Source of the DNA: Patescibacteria group bacterium
Lineage (GTDB): Bacteria > Patescibacteriota > Microgenomatia > UBA8517
Direction of reading: 5' to 3'
Assembly: GCA_022562395.1 (NCBI GenBank)
Contig: JADFPI010000003.1
Location: 1 to 53,336 of the forward strand
DNA: 53,336 nt
Part shown: one piece after another, positions 23,434-33,751 of the stretch
Numbering within the stretch: the stretch's first letter is position 1
Layout: each line of letters starts with the position of its first letter
Position numbers and translations under genes: made by a program
The notes under the pieces: model-generated
Database searches by the model: none
Told to the model about the DNA's origin: nothing
The model's input: only the letters and a program-made list of their open reading frames with translations

Positions 23434-25956
23434 TTAGGCGGTAGCGCCCTCCTTGGTGGGCGCGGAAATAGCAGAAGCAGCCTTGGCAGCCTGCTTCTCA
23501 ATAGGTGGAGTATACCGTCTCAAAAGCAAGGAGTTGGCAACAACCGAAACCGAGCTAAAGGCCATCGCAAACCCTGCTATCTCGGGTCTTAAAGTGGCCT
23601 GGCTAAAGTTGAAAAATATCCGCCCGGTTATGCCGTAGTTCTCGGCAATACTAACCACCCAAGGAGCCGCCACGCCGAGGGAACTTTGGGTAACTAAAAG
23701 ATGTATGCCTCCCGCGATTGGTATTGCGGCGACATTGTAGACAAAGGCCCAGAAAAGATTTTGCCAGACCTTTTTTATTGTTTTTCCGGAAAGCTGAATG
23801 GCGCTGGCTACATCGCGTAAGTCGTCTTTTACCAAAATTACCTCGCCCGTCTCAATTGCAACATCAGTGCCTGAACCAATTGCAATACCGATATCGGCCT
23901 GGGCCAGAGCAGGGGAGTCGTTAATACCGTCTCCCACCATTGCTACCGACTTACCCTCCGCTTGCAACTTTTTAATCTCCTGGGCTTTCTGCTCTGGCAA
24001 GACTTCAGCCAAGGCCCGGTCAATCCCAACCTGTTTTGCAATCGCCTCTGCGGTTTTGGGGTTATCCCCTGTAATCATAATAATCTCCTTACCCATTTTC
24101 TTGAGCTCGGCGATAGCTTCTTTTGCGAACGGCTTTAACGTATCTGCCATAGCAATGACTGCCACCAGTTTCTTATCCACCGCCGCGTATACTACCGTTT
24201 TGGCCTCATTCTGCAGTTTTTCCGTAGTTTCTTCCTGCCCTTCAATCGAAATTCCCAGGGATTCAAAATAGCCTGTATTACCAATAACTACTTCGTGCTC
24301 CTCAACCTTGCCGTAAACTCCCAGCCCGGCTTCGGCTTTAAAGTCGGTTACTTTTGGTAAGGTTTTAAATTGCGACTCTCCTTTTTCAACTATTGCGCGG
24401 GCCAAAGGATGCTCTGACCCGACCTCAACTGCGGCAGAAAGTTTTAGCGCTTCATCCTCGCTCATATCTCCTACCTTGACAAAATTTGTTACCACCGGTT
24501 TACCAATAGTTAAAGTGCCAGTTTTATCAAAGACGATAACTTGGGTCTTATACGCCTTCTCTAGAGCCTCTCCTCCTTTTAAAATTATCCCGAATTTCGT
24601 CGCTCGGCCGATTCCTACCATCAAGGCGGTGGGTGTTGCCAGCCCCATTGCACAAGGGCAAGAAATGACCAAAACCGCAATCATTCGCAAGAGCCCTGCC
24701 CTGAAAGGAAGGGCTGCAACAAAGTACCAACCAACAAATACGGCAATAGAGAGAATAATCACCGCCGGGACAAAGTATTCACTTATATTGTCAACCAGGT
24801 TTTGTATCGGGGCTCTTGAGGCTTGTGCGTCCTCCACCATTTTTACAATTTGGTTAAGGAGGGTATCTTTACCAACCTTGGTAGCTTTGAATTTTATTAA
24901 GCCCTCCTGATTTACTGTTGCGCCAATTACTTCATCCCCCACGCTTTTTTTGACTGGAAACGATTCTCCGGTTACTACCTTCTCGTCGATATGGCTTGTT
25001 CCTTCGATGATTTCCCCGTCAACAGGAAACTTCTCTCCAGGACGAACCACAACCGTATCTCCTACCGCGAGCTGGTCAATGGGGACAGTTACCTCGCGGC
25101 CGTCGCGCAAAACGTGTGCTTCTTTAGCCCCGAGTTTCAGAAGTTCTTTTATGGCGGTTGACGCCCTGCCTTTGGCCCTGGCCTCAAAGTATCGCCCTAA
25201 AAGGATAAAAAATAGAAGTGCTGCGGACGATTCCCAAAACGGATGGTCGATATTAAAGAATAGAAATCCAATGGCACTGTAAAAATAGGCTGCAGAAGTG
25301 CCAAGTGCTACCAAAACATCCATATTTGCAGAACCGACCCGAATAGCAGTATAGGAGTTTCGGTAAAACTGCCAGGCGATAACAAACTGGATTGGAGTGG
25401 AAAGAACCCAGTAGATGTAGTTAAGGTCAATGCGAAGTGGCGGGTTGGAAATATCGACAAAAATCCCTACCAATAACTTCATCGGTTGGGCAACGAACCA
25501 GAAAAAATAATTAGATAAATACGATCCGTAGGCAAAAAATCCGCTTCCGGAAAGGGCTGGGATTTGTCGATTGATAAAGTCAAAAAACTCATGGACATGA
25601 GTGACATTAAACATGTGAATGAGCATGTAGTAGACAATGATGGGGAAAGCCAGGATGAATGCGGCAATTACCCGCCTCTTAGCTTCTTCGATTTTTCTTA
25701 GCTCGGACTTCTCTTCGTCTTCGGGGTTTGTTCTTCCGGCCTCATCCGGGCGAATCAAGTCGTAGCCGATTTTATTCATCAACTCGTCAATTTTCTCAAG
25801 CGAGGTTTTTTTCTCGTCGAACTCGATTGCCGTCTTTTCAGCCCCGTAGTTGGTCTTAATAGCAATAACGCCTTCCTCTTTGCCTATCAGCTTGTCAATC
25901 AGAGTGGAACAGGATGAACAGTGCATCCCTTTTACTTTATATATTTGTTTAGTCAT
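23434..25956 (-). CDS. copA: Cu(I)-translocating P1B-1 ATPase
   Basis: GMHCSSC, TGES, CPC, DKTGT, SEHPL, GDGIND, YN and MAFSS. Confidence 0.95.
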   Translation of the reverse strand: MTKQIYKVKGMHCSSCSTLIDKLIGKEEGVIAIKTNYGAEKTAIEFDEKKTSLEKIDELMNKIGYDLIRPDEAGRTNPEDEEKSELRKIEEAKRRVIAAFILAFPIIVYYMLIHMFNVTHVHEFFDFINRQIPALSGSGFFAYGSYLSNYFFWFVAQPMKLLVGIFVDISNPPLRIDLNYIYWVLSTPIQFVIAWQFYRNSYTAIRVGSANMDVLVALGTSAAYFYSAIGFLFFNIDHPFWESSAALLFFILLGRYFEARAKGRASTAIKELLKLGAKEAHVLRDGREVTVPIDQLAVGDTVVVRPGEKFPVDGEIIEGTSHIDEKVVTGESFPVKKSVGDEVIGATVNQEGLIKFKATKVGKDTLLNQIVKMVEDAQASRAPIQNLVDNISEYFVPAVIILSIAVFVGWYFVAALPFRAGLLRMIAVLVISCPCAMGLATPTALMVGIGRATKFGIILKGGEALEKAYKTQVIVFDKTGTLTIGKPVVTNFVKVGDMSEDEALKLSAAVEVGSEHPLARAIVEKGESQFKTLPKVTDFKAEAGLGVYGKVEEHEVVIGNTGYFESLGISIEGQEETTEKLQNEAKTVVYAAVDKKLVAVIAMADTLKPFAKEAIAELKKMGKEIIMITGDNPKTAEAIAKQVGIDRALAEVLPEQKAQEIKKLQAEGKSVAMVGDGINDSPALAQADIGIAIGSGTDVAIETGEVILVKDDLRDVASAIQLSGKTIKKVWQNLFWAFVYNVAAIPIAGGIHLLVTQSSLGVAAPWVVSIAENYGITGRIFFNFSQATLRPEIAGFAMAFSSVSVVANSLLLRRYTPPIEKQAAKAASAISAPTKEGATA

Positions 25957-25960
25957 ACTA

Positions 25961-26395
25961 TTATTCTGTCTCTACAGCACTTCTTACCTGAATTTTGCCC
26001 AACATATCAAAATGCGTGCGTTTCTCCCCGTCTATTATTCCTTCTCCACAGGGGACAGAACAATAAAAGGGAAATTCGCCTTCCTGTGTTACCACAAAGT
26101 CGAGTGTTATAGTCTCTCCTGCGGGCATTCTTTGGGCTACACCGAATGCGTCAATTGCAATTCCGTGGTCGTAGTCGTCTTCATTTATGAGAGTGAGTAT
26201 GACTTTATCTCCTCGGTTGACCTCGATAACATCCGGATTAAATTCCCAGTGGTTTTTGCTAGCAACTATTGTAATCTCAAGTATTTCGCCCGTGACTACA
26301 GGCCTTAACTCCTCTGGCAACAAAAAAGTACGATAGGCAACTCCGCCAATCATAATTAATATAATAATGCCGATAATAATATAGTACTTGTTCAC
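25961..26395 (-). CDS. Membrane-anchored cupredoxin (CuA-like)
   Basis: DHGI and YCSVPCGEG...HFDM. Confidence 0.8.
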   Translation of the reverse strand: MNKYYIIIGIIILIMIGGVAYRTFLLPEELRPVVTGEILEITIVASKNHWEFNPDVIEVNRGDKVILTLINEDDYDHGIAIDAFGVAQRMPAGETITLDFVVTQEGEFPFYCSVPCGEGIIDGEKRTHFDMLGKIQVRSAVETE

Positions 26396-28668
26396 GTTGA
26401 CGTTTCTGGCTCTTTTTCCGGGGACTTTTCAGTACTGGCTGGAGGAGTTTCTACTTTAGGCTCAACACCTTTTTTGACAGGCGCTTTTACTTGGAGATAC
26501 TTGTGGACCCCTAAACTCAAAAGGGTCATCAAAATCAAAGACGCTATCAAAAGCCCCCACCATTGAGCAGATTTTGAGATTACTTTTTCTTCTTCTTCAA
26601 CGCCGACGGCAACACCTGGATCAACCCTTATCCAAAAGCCAGCGGTTAGCGCCTCGTCTTCAGAAAACTCCGCGTCTTTTGGTCTAAATTGCGCAAAGGC
26701 TTTGTAGGCCCCAGATTCAGGAAATGTAACGTGGAACGAGATTCCTTTATGAACTTCATCCACCTGGTCGTCATCGTGAACATCTTCTCCATTAGCATAG
26801 GCGACAGGTATAAAAGATGCTGGGTTTTGCTCTTGAGGTTTTTCCTGTTCTGGGCGCAGATTCATAAGCCATTTAAGGTCCTCTTTGATAATCGTAAGTT
26901 GCATTTCTTCTCCCAAAAAAGGGGCTAACTCCGCAGTCCCGGTTGTGGTGTTTACGCTAAATACAAGGTCGGCTTTCCGTCCTGGCACAATGGGCTCGTC
27001 GTATTCAATCAGTACTTGATATTTACCCAGCTCATCATTTCCCACAACGAGACTTTTGACAAACGACATCTCCTCTTCAGTTTGTGTTGACCCTTCTCCT
27101 TTAACAGATATTTCCGGGTGACTAAAAGTATAAGTCATGCCGCCCCGCTTAACATCGGTCCAGAGTTTGTAAGTTCCTGGATTTTCAAATTGGCGCTCGA
27201 TACTCCAGAGCTCGGGGGATTCAGCGTCGGCTTCGGGATGAAGGTGGAAAAACTCTTCCAGGTCATCGCGCATACCAATTACGTGTATAAACTTCTCATC
27301 GGTAATCTCAAGGTCTGTTACCGGTTTATTGCCCGGTTTTTCATTGACGAAGAAATCAAGCCTCGTAGTTTGGCCAGTCGATGCAGGAAGCGGTGAATAA
27401 TTGAGATTTACGACCAAACCTTCGCGTACACTTCCTTCCTCGACAACTAATTGTCTGGCCTCAACACTCTTTTCGCCAACTGCTTTCGTACTGTCCAGCT
27501 GCCCATCTTTAGTTTCAGAGGGTGCCCCTTCTTCCCCTAAATGTACTCCCTTTCCTGTCATAAATGTCCACCCGGTGGCTACTCCGACTATTCCCAAGAT
27601 TATGGTAAATATTGCAACTAGTATTGCGACAGTTTTTCTTCCCGGCTTTTGTTTGATGAAATACCAAATCATGGTCAATGCGATAAGCCCCAGCATGAAG
27701 AGATTGCCGTATTTGATAAATCCTGGAATATCGATTAGTTTGTGCTCATGCTTTAGGACTATTTCCCCAAATTGCGCACCCCCTACGTTGGCGACAAATT
27801 GCTCCCAGAGGTTATGAATGCCTCCGGCAATAAACCAATCGTGGCCAAATAAGCCGAAAGTCAAAATGAAGGCACCGATAACTATTAGCATCCAGCCAGT
27901 GTATTTCTCTATTACCTCTTTTTTCTTGGCTATAGTGCCCGTGGCATTGACACCCAGAATGCCTAGTATCGCAAGAAATATTAAGGGTACCGCGCGCCCT
28001 GCACCGTGGACAAAGCCCAAAAACCAGCCGTTGAACAAATCTCCTACGCTTGCTATATAGCCAAGAAGGACATAAAAGGCAGGGTTAGGGCAACCAACCC
28101 CGGCGTTACCGAGAAAAAGTCCCAAAAGAAATGTTTTTACATAATCTCCTCGCTTTTGAATAAAAGCCGGAAAATTCCCGCTATAGCTGGGTATTCTAAA
28201 TTTAAGTAGACGTATTTCTGATAACCCAAAAAGGAATGCCGCGCCTCCACCGATCATAAGCATTCCCTGGGTGGCGGCAGTTAAGCCCAAAATTTTCCCC
28301 AAAGCAGCAATAAATACTCCGTAGAAGCTTAAGGTTAAAGTGAGACCAAGTCCAAAAAAAAGTGCCATGAGGAACCCCTTTTTAGGATTTTTGCCCATGG
28401 CCATTGGAACTATCACAAACGCCATGGGTAAGGTGCAGGGGAGAAATATCATCGAAAGACCAGCGGCGAAGGCTAGAGTCAAGCCTACTGTTTGCTCAGG
28501 AGTAGTTGCCAGCCAAAAAAGCCCGACAACAAATATCAAAAAGAGAACAAAACCAAGAGCTGCAAGGCGAACTTTAACTTTTCGCCCGCCGCCGAGTTCC
28601 TGGCTCACTGGGGCACCCTCGGGCAGTTCCACTTGCTGATGTATAGGTTTAGCTAATTGTTCTTCCAT
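26392..28668 (-). CDS. CcdA-like TM domain fused to extracytoplasmic His-motif (metal-binding) domains
   Basis: FLPCTLP and GVGCPNP; IHVIG..DL..FFHLHP, GTYKLW, GAYKAFAQF; C-terminal TM. Confidence 0.75.
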   Translation of the reverse strand: MEEQLAKPIHQQVELPEGAPVSQELGGGRKVKVRLAALGFVLFLIFVVGLFWLATTPEQTVGLTLAFAAGLSMIFLPCTLPMAFVIVPMAMGKNPKKGFLMALFFGLGLTLTLSFYGVFIAALGKILGLTAATQGMLMIGGGAAFLFGLSEIRLLKFRIPSYSGNFPAFIQKRGDYVKTFLLGLFLGNAGVGCPNPAFYVLLGYIASVGDLFNGWFLGFVHGAGRAVPLIFLAILGILGVNATGTIAKKKEVIEKYTGWMLIVIGAFILTFGLFGHDWFIAGGIHNLWEQFVANVGGAQFGEIVLKHEHKLIDIPGFIKYGNLFMLGLIALTMIWYFIKQKPGRKTVAILVAIFTIILGIVGVATGWTFMTGKGVHLGEEGAPSETKDGQLDSTKAVGEKSVEARQLVVEEGSVREGLVVNLNYSPLPASTGQTTRLDFFVNEKPGNKPVTDLEITDEKFIHVIGMRDDLEEFFHLHPEADAESPELWSIERQFENPGTYKLWTDVKRGGMTYTFSHPEISVKGEGSTQTEEEMSFVKSLVVGNDELGKYQVLIEYDEPIVPGRKADLVFSVNTTTGTAELAPFLGEEMQLTIIKEDLKWLMNLRPEQEKPQEQNPASFIPVAYANGEDVHDDDQVDEVHKGISFHVTFPESGAYKAFAQFRPKDAEFSEDEALTAGFWIRVDPGVAVGVEEEEKVISKSAQWWGLLIASLILMTLLSLGVHKYLQVKAPVKKGVEPKVETPPASTEKSPEKEPETST

Positions 28669-28916
28669 AGGTTTAATTCACGGCTAGTCCACAATATTCT
28701 CGTGTGGGATACAAAACAATCAAGCGTTTCGGGAAGACAATATTAGAAGAACTTTGGTTGAACATGGGCAGGCAACACATGTCTTAGCTGTTTTTAGTGT
28801 ATCACTTTTTCTGTTAGCTGTGTCAAAACTTTAAAAATAACATCTTCCCCGCCCCGGGTGGCGGGGTTTTTATCTCTACAGCAAAGCTGTACGTCTTCGT
28901 CGTAAAGAAAGATGTT

Positions 28917-28982
28917 TTATTCGAGCTGGCGAAAACAAGCTTTGCTTATTCGAACGATAGTGAAAACAAGCTTTGCTTATCT
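28917..28982 (+). repeat. Two tandem units of the ~30-bp dispersed repeat
   Basis: GAAAACAAGCTTTGCTTAT at 28931 and 28962. Confidence 0.8.
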
Positions 28983-28989
28983 AATTGGG

Positions 28990-29262
28990 CTAAGAAAGGT
29001 CTCTGTGGGTTTTATACATAAATCCGGCGTCTGTATTAATTTTTTCAAGCGATTTTGTAATTTCTTCAAATAGTTGATTTGAATCAACTTCCGCCTTTTC
29101 TGAAATCCAATCTTTTATTTCTTCTGCAACGGTTGCAGCTATCTTTTCTGCCGCCTCTTTCGGAATATGGGTGTTAAGGCAGGCCGCATAAGTGGATGCG
29201 TAAACCTTCCTTTCGTCAAACTCTTCCTTGCGACCGCCCCTTTTTATTATTTGATTGTCCAT
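28990..29262 (-). CDS. Stand-alone ATP-cone domain protein
   Basis: IIKRGGRKEEFDERKV...A..IA..V...I; start at ATG 29262. Confidence 0.8.
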   Translation of the reverse strand: MDNQIIKRGGRKEEFDERKVYASTYAACLNTHIPKEAAEKIAATVAEEIKDWISEKAEVDSNQLFEEITKSLEKINTDAGFMYKTHRDLS

Positions 29263-29269
29263 ATCAAAA

Positions 29270-29986
29270 TTAACCAAGATTAATAATACCATTTGCGATA
29301 AATATCAAAAGCCAGCCTAAAGCAACCAGCAAAAGCCCCACCATCAACCTCATTCTACCGCGGTTGACCTGCTTCCAAAGTTTTATATTCTGAAGTTTTA
29401 CTCCCGAGACTACTAAACCCAAGATTATTAAGAGGGGAGAGACGAAAATTATGTTATACAAAACCAAAAGCAAAAAAGCATTGAAATCAAAGTTTTGAGA
29501 AAGCAAGGCGATAATCGCAAGGTAAGGTGCCCCGGTGCAGGGAAGCTCGACTGCCGAAACGAAAACTCCCAAGAGAGCAATCCCTAAAAAGGTAGTTTTT
29601 GAGGACATTTTGTGAAGCTTTTTTGAAAAGTAAGTCGGAATTGCCAGTGAGAAACCTTTCCCGTACCAAAAATAATCTTTAATCTCAACAACCCCAGCCG
29701 CAATTATTATGGTTCCAACCAAGATAGATAGATACGCTGTAACATAAAGTGGTATCGCGGAGAAAAAGTATAAAAGTCCAAGTCCGGCTAAAAGATAAGT
29801 TAGAAATATTGAAAAGATATAGGTTAACCCTAAAAATATTAGGCGTTTTACTGATCGGCCGCTTACAAGGACGGCGCTTACCATCAAAATCATGACGCCT
29901 ATTGCACAAGGGTTAATAGCGTCAATAGCCGCAGTTGTAACGACAGTAATGATTGTTGGCAGCTGGCCTGCAACAGATGGATTCAT
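29270..29986 (-). CDS. CcdA/DsbD-like membrane protein
   Basis: DAINPCA and ELPCTGAPY. Confidence 0.85.
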   Translation of the reverse strand: MNPSVAGQLPTIITVVTTAAIDAINPCAIGVMILMVSAVLVSGRSVKRLIFLGLTYIFSIFLTYLLAGLGLLYFFSAIPLYVTAYLSILVGTIIIAAGVVEIKDYFWYGKGFSLAIPTYFSKKLHKMSSKTTFLGIALLGVFVSAVELPCTGAPYLAIIALLSQNFDFNAFLLLVLYNIIFVSPLLIILGLVVSGVKLQNIKLWKQVNRGRMRLMVGLLLVALGWLLIFIANGIINLG

Positions 29987-29988
29987 GT

Positions 29989-30828
29989 TTACCTTATCTC
30001 TAAGTCTCCCTTATCCCGCTCAATTTCATAAAATCTACAAAGGTATCCAGTTTTGTCTTTTGGCGAATCAAATTCAAAGATTATACAGTCTCCGGGAGGA
30101 ACGTTTACTTCTGGCGAAGGAACGTAATCTGTGTAATTCTCAAGCTTAGTTTGCGTAGCAACTGCCCCGTCTGTTTTATAAAGAAATACCTGCCACTCGC
30201 CCTCGCTACCGTCAGGACATGAGTCGTGATTATTTATTTCTAGTAGCCCACCTTCTGCCGGTATAGAAAAACTTGACTGACTAAGGTTTCCTCCAACTAC
30301 TCTAAAAAAAGATGAAAGTGAAACATCAGAATGGTTTACAACTGCACCCTCAATGTGTATTCGGGCGTCGTCATGGTGATGAAAAACAGGAGTCCCAACG
30401 CGGTTAGACAAAAAGCCATCCGGTCCTTTTAGCCTAATCTCCTCCCCACACACGAAGATTCGAAAATCGGCGTGCCGATGCACAGGACCACGAGTATAAG
30501 ATACAAAGTTAAGATATAAAGTCGAGAGCACAAAATATAAAGTAGGTAAAACTATTGCTGTTGTCATTAAACCGAACAATATTTTCTTAGCCGGTTCGCT
30601 TTTCTCCTTAATTACAGAACTTATAATAACTAAGACTATTAGGATTAATCCCGCCGCAATTGCAATCCTTATAGAGCTGGTTCTAATAAATTCGTCAATG
30701 GCGAAAGCGGCGACTTTTTCAACTTCCTCTGCGTGCTCGTCGTCCCCATTTGCAAGTACCGTTTGGACCTTATTAAGGAATAGAAGAATGGATACTGAGC
30801 TGAGGTAGGCAGGCATTTTAAAATTCAT
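29989..30828 (-). CDS. Membrane protein with His/Cys-rich extracytoplasmic domain
   Basis: Three hydrophobic segments; HRHADF, FHHHDDARIHIEG, several Cys. Confidence 0.7.
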   Translation of the reverse strand: MNFKMPAYLSSVSILLFLNKVQTVLANGDDEHAEEVEKVAAFAIDEFIRTSSIRIAIAAGLILIVLVIISSVIKEKSEPAKKILFGLMTTAIVLPTLYFVLSTLYLNFVSYTRGPVHRHADFRIFVCGEEIRLKGPDGFLSNRVGTPVFHHHDDARIHIEGAVVNHSDVSLSSFFRVVGGNLSQSSFSIPAEGGLLEINNHDSCPDGSEGEWQVFLYKTDGAVATQTKLENYTDYVPSPEVNVPPGDCIIFEFDSPKDKTGYLCRFYEIERDKGDLEIR

Positions 30829-30873
30829 CGGGCTAAGATATGTTAGTACATATTAGGGGATTTCTCCAAGCCC

Positions 30874-31053
30874 TTAGCAAAACTCGCAGAAGTTATCTTT
30901 AGTTTGTTTATGCTCTCCTTTTGCCGGATCACCGCAACACTCCTTGCAGCAATATTTCGAGTCACCCAAGACAAAAACTCCTTCCTTCTTAGCCTTGAAC
31001 TTCCCGCACTTTACGCATTTGTATCTTTTTTCTTTAGTCAAAACTTGTACCAT
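30874..31053 (-). CDS. 59-aa Cys-rich metal-binding peptide, absent from the ORF track
   Basis: MVQVLTKEKRYKCVKCGKFKAKKEGVFVLGDSKYCCKECCGDPAKGEHKQTKDNFCEFC*; co-oriented with the copper island. Confidence 0.7.
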   Translation of the reverse strand: MVQVLTKEKRYKCVKCGKFKAKKEGVFVLGDSKYCCKECCGDPAKGEHKQTKDNFCEFC

Positions 31054-31225
31054 ACTGAGCTATCCTAATATTACTCATAATCATACAGAGGATGCAATAG
31101 TCAGCCCTAACGCCTTTCTTCTAAAAACCACCACTTTGCCATCTCGACCCCAAGTATCTCGATCACTCCAAGAATTAGAATCACTCCCCAATTTCCTAAA
31201 GATTAGGAGAAGGAAGCTATTAAGT

Positions 31226-31489
31226 TCAGGAAGAAAGTTCTTTTAATTTTGCTACGAATTTTTCTCGGTCAAATCCTCCGGTGGCCCAAAGCTCTCCATT
31301 GAGAATGATTCCCGGAGAGGCAAGAATCATGTACTTTTGGGCCATCTCTTGACCTTCAGGAGTCGAGACATCAGATTTGCGAAACTTCACATTGGGCCAA
31401 TCGGTTTCAATTGAGTGCCAAAACTCTTCAAATGCTTTACAAATCGTGCACCCAGGAGAAGTAAGCTCGGTTAAGGTAACTTGTTTCAT
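31226..31489 (-). CDS. Small thioredoxin/glutaredoxin-like protein
   Basis: TSPGCTIC, ASPGIILNG. Confidence 0.82.
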   Translation of the reverse strand: MKQVTLTELTSPGCTICKAFEEFWHSIETDWPNVKFRKSDVSTPEGQEMAQKYMILASPGIILNGELWATGGFDREKFVAKLKELSS

Positions 31490-31533
31490 ACGATTTCATT
31501 ATATGTTAGACTCAAAAAAAAGCCAAAAGATAT

Positions 31534-32523
31534 ATGGCGAAAATTTTTGTCACTAGAAAAATTCCGGGAGACGCATTGGATAAGCTGACTAATTCGGGCC
31601 ACGAGGTGAAAGTTTCTGAATTTGACAGACCCTTGGCCGAGGAAGAGTTGGTCGAGAGAGTAAAAGGGGTGGATGCAATCTTTTCCCTTCTGACAGATAG
31701 AATAGACGGTGATTTAATAGACGCTGCCGGTCCTCAGCTTAAGATTATCTCAAATTACGCTGTCGGTTTTGACAATGTAAGCGTTAAAGAGGCAACGGAC
31801 AGGGGAGTAGTGGTAACAAATACTCCGTCAGACGAAGTTAATGAATCAGTTGCCGAGCACGCATGGGCGTTGATGTTGGTTTTGGCCCGTCGAATTGTTG
31901 AAGCAGACGAGGCAACCCGTAAGGGTGCCTATAAGGGTTGGGAGCCTAACATATTTTTGGGAGTTAATATGGTTGGAAAGACTTTGGGGATTGTCGGTCT
32001 TGGAAGAATTGGCAGCAAAGTAGTTCTTAGGGCTAAGGGGTGGGGAATGAGGGTTTTGTATAACAAAAGGACAAGAGACGAAAAGGCGGAGAAAGAACTT
32101 GGCGTTGAATATGCGCAACTTAATGATTTGTTTGCAAGAAGTGATTTTGTGACCTTACATGTGCCGTTGACTGATAAAACGCGTCATATGATTAACAAAG
32201 ACGCTTTGGCTAAAATGAAAAAAGGGGCTTATCTAATAAATACTTCAAGGGGCCCGGTGGTCGACGAACATGACTTGGTTGATGCACTAAGAAGCGGGCA
32301 CTTGGCCGGAGCAGCCCTGGATGTTTTTGACAATGAGCCGAATATCAATCCAGAGTTAATTGGTATGGAAAATGTTGTCTTGACACCGCATATTGCCTCG
32401 GCCACCTGGGAGGCCAGAGATAAAATGGGTGAGCAAGCAGTTGAGGCAATTTTAGATACTTTTGCGGGCAAAAAACCACAGAATTTAGTGAATGAAGAAG
32501 TTTGGGAGAAAAGGAGAAAATAG
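31534..32523 (+). CDS. D-2-hydroxyacid dehydrogenase (glyoxylate/D-glycerate reductase type)
   Basis: AVGFDN, GIVGLGRIG, LINTSRG, LDVFDNEP, TPHIAS. Confidence 0.92.
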   Translation: MAKIFVTRKIPGDALDKLTNSGHEVKVSEFDRPLAEEELVERVKGVDAIFSLLTDRIDGDLIDAAGPQLKIISNYAVGFDNVSVKEATDRGVVVTNTPSDEVNESVAEHAWALMLVLARRIVEADEATRKGAYKGWEPNIFLGVNMVGKTLGIVGLGRIGSKVVLRAKGWGMRVLYNKRTRDEKAEKELGVEYAQLNDLFARSDFVTLHVPLTDKTRHMINKDALAKMKKGAYLINTSRGPVVDEHDLVDALRSGHLAGAALDVFDNEPNINPELIGMENVVLTPHIASATWEARDKMGEQAVEAILDTFAGKKPQNLVNEEVWEKRRK

Positions 32524-32653
32524 ACTATATTGAGTAAAATAATTTGTTAACTTTATAAAATTTATTCCTCAGAGCCCACCCCGAAGATTATACGAAAGTT
32601 GTAAATTCTAACCCCTGTTCGTATACTGATATGGGGTAAAATAAAATATCTAC

Positions 32654-33700
32654 ATGGCCTTTCTTAAAAGAAAAAAAGACTTAACAAAAGACATAGAGGA
32701 AAAATCCACCAGTAGAAAATTAAAGAGTTTAAAAAAACCAACAGGGAAAAAAAAAGAAGAAAAAAAACCCTGGGGGAAAAAAGAGAGATATTTGGTACTT
32801 TTCGTCTTTGTCATAACCGTTGGAACTTCTGCAGTTTTGGGGCTTTCTTCTCGACAGTGGAAATTACCTGGTATTCCAAGGGTTGCCTTTCCCTCTTTTA
32901 AGACAAAAAGGATTGTGATAGAGGTAGACGAAAAGACCAGGGAGGAGAGGGAAAAGGAGGAGACAGTAGCTTCTTCTTTTAGAGAAAAAACTCGTAATTT
33001 ATCAGGAATATATGGCTTTTACGTAGTGAAACTGGGTAGTGGAAGTTCTTACGGTTACCTTGAAAGAGAAGTATTTGAGCCGGCATCGCTTAATAAACTT
33101 CCGGTAATGGTAGCAATGTACATGCAGGCGGAGCAGGGAAACCTAGATTTAGAGACAAACTATAATTTGAAACAGTCGGACAAGGTGGTTGGGTCTGGGA
33201 GTTTATCTTCGAAGCCTTCTGGATATGAGTTGACCTACCGGGATTTGGTTAGGCTAATGGGCAAAGAGTCGGACAACACTTCTTTTAATATCGCCAGAAA
33301 TATTTTGGGCAAAAGAAAAATCGTTGAGACAATCGCTGCAGCAAAAATGGTGGATACGGTTATCTTTGACGAAGAACAAAAGACGACGCCTTACGACATC
33401 GGCACTTTTTTCCAAAATCTCTGGAGAGGAAATCTGGTGAGCGAAAAATCGAGGGATGAACTTTTAGGTTTCTTAACAGATACAAATTATGAGGCTTGGT
33501 TGGCTGAGGGAATACCCGACGGTGTTGAAGTTGCCCATAAATTTGGTCGTGAACAACACGTCGTCAATGACGCAGGAATTGTCTTTGCTGATGAGGCTTT
33601 TGTTTTGGTTATTATGTCAAAGGGGGTAGTGGAAAGAGAAGCCGACGCCATATTTCCCGAACTTGCAAGGATTGTGTATGAGATTGAAATGAGTGAGTGA
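32654..33700 (+). CDS. Membrane-anchored class A beta-lactamase-like serine hydrolase
   Basis: ASLNK (SxxK), SDN, HKFG, NDAGIV. Confidence 0.85.
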   Translation: MAFLKRKKDLTKDIEEKSTSRKLKSLKKPTGKKKEEKKPWGKKERYLVLFVFVITVGTSAVLGLSSRQWKLPGIPRVAFPSFKTKRIVIEVDEKTREEREKEETVASSFREKTRNLSGIYGFYVVKLGSGSSYGYLEREVFEPASLNKLPVMVAMYMQAEQGNLDLETNYNLKQSDKVVGSGSLSSKPSGYELTYRDLVRLMGKESDNTSFNIARNILGKRKIVETIAAAKMVDTVIFDEEQKTTPYDIGTFFQNLWRGNLVSEKSRDELLGFLTDTNYEAWLAEGIPDGVEVAHKFGREQHVVNDAGIVFADEAFVLVIMSKGVVEREADAIFPELARIVYEIEMSE

Positions 33701-33751
33701 GTTTTTCTTAATCTCCTAATAACTTAATATCTTAATCACTTAGTATCTATT

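Noticed and set aside
23365-27817. Many + strand ORFs antisense to copA and the CcdA fusion (and similar shadows over the PBPs, tkt and GT genes)
   Set aside because: They fully overlap well-supported genes on the other strand and have no motifs; they are codon-pattern shadows.
28689-28707. Possible NrdR box (CCACAATATTCTCGTGTGG) near the ATP-cone gene
   Set aside because: Spacing does not fit the 16-bp consensus, it is a single copy and no nrd gene follows.
28839-28919. Possible structured ncRNA/riboswitch upstream of the CcdA fusion
   Set aside because: Only a GC hairpin (CCCCGCC..GGCGGGG) and a closing AACATCTT/AAGATGTT stem are visible; no known aptamer motif was recognised, so a terminator or REP is more likely.
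30944-31246. 100-aa + strand ORF
   Set aside because: No motif or good start; it overlaps the Cys-rich minus-strand ORF and the thioredoxin end.
32744-32782. Poly-A tracts as a phase-variation switch in the beta-lactamase-like gene
   Set aside because: The frame is intact and the tracts simply encode a Lys/Glu-rich N-terminus, common in this AT-rich genome.
33707-33750. Short 8-mer-like repeats (CTTAAT..) between convergent genes
   Set aside because: Too short and degenerate to assign; treated as a low-complexity spacer.
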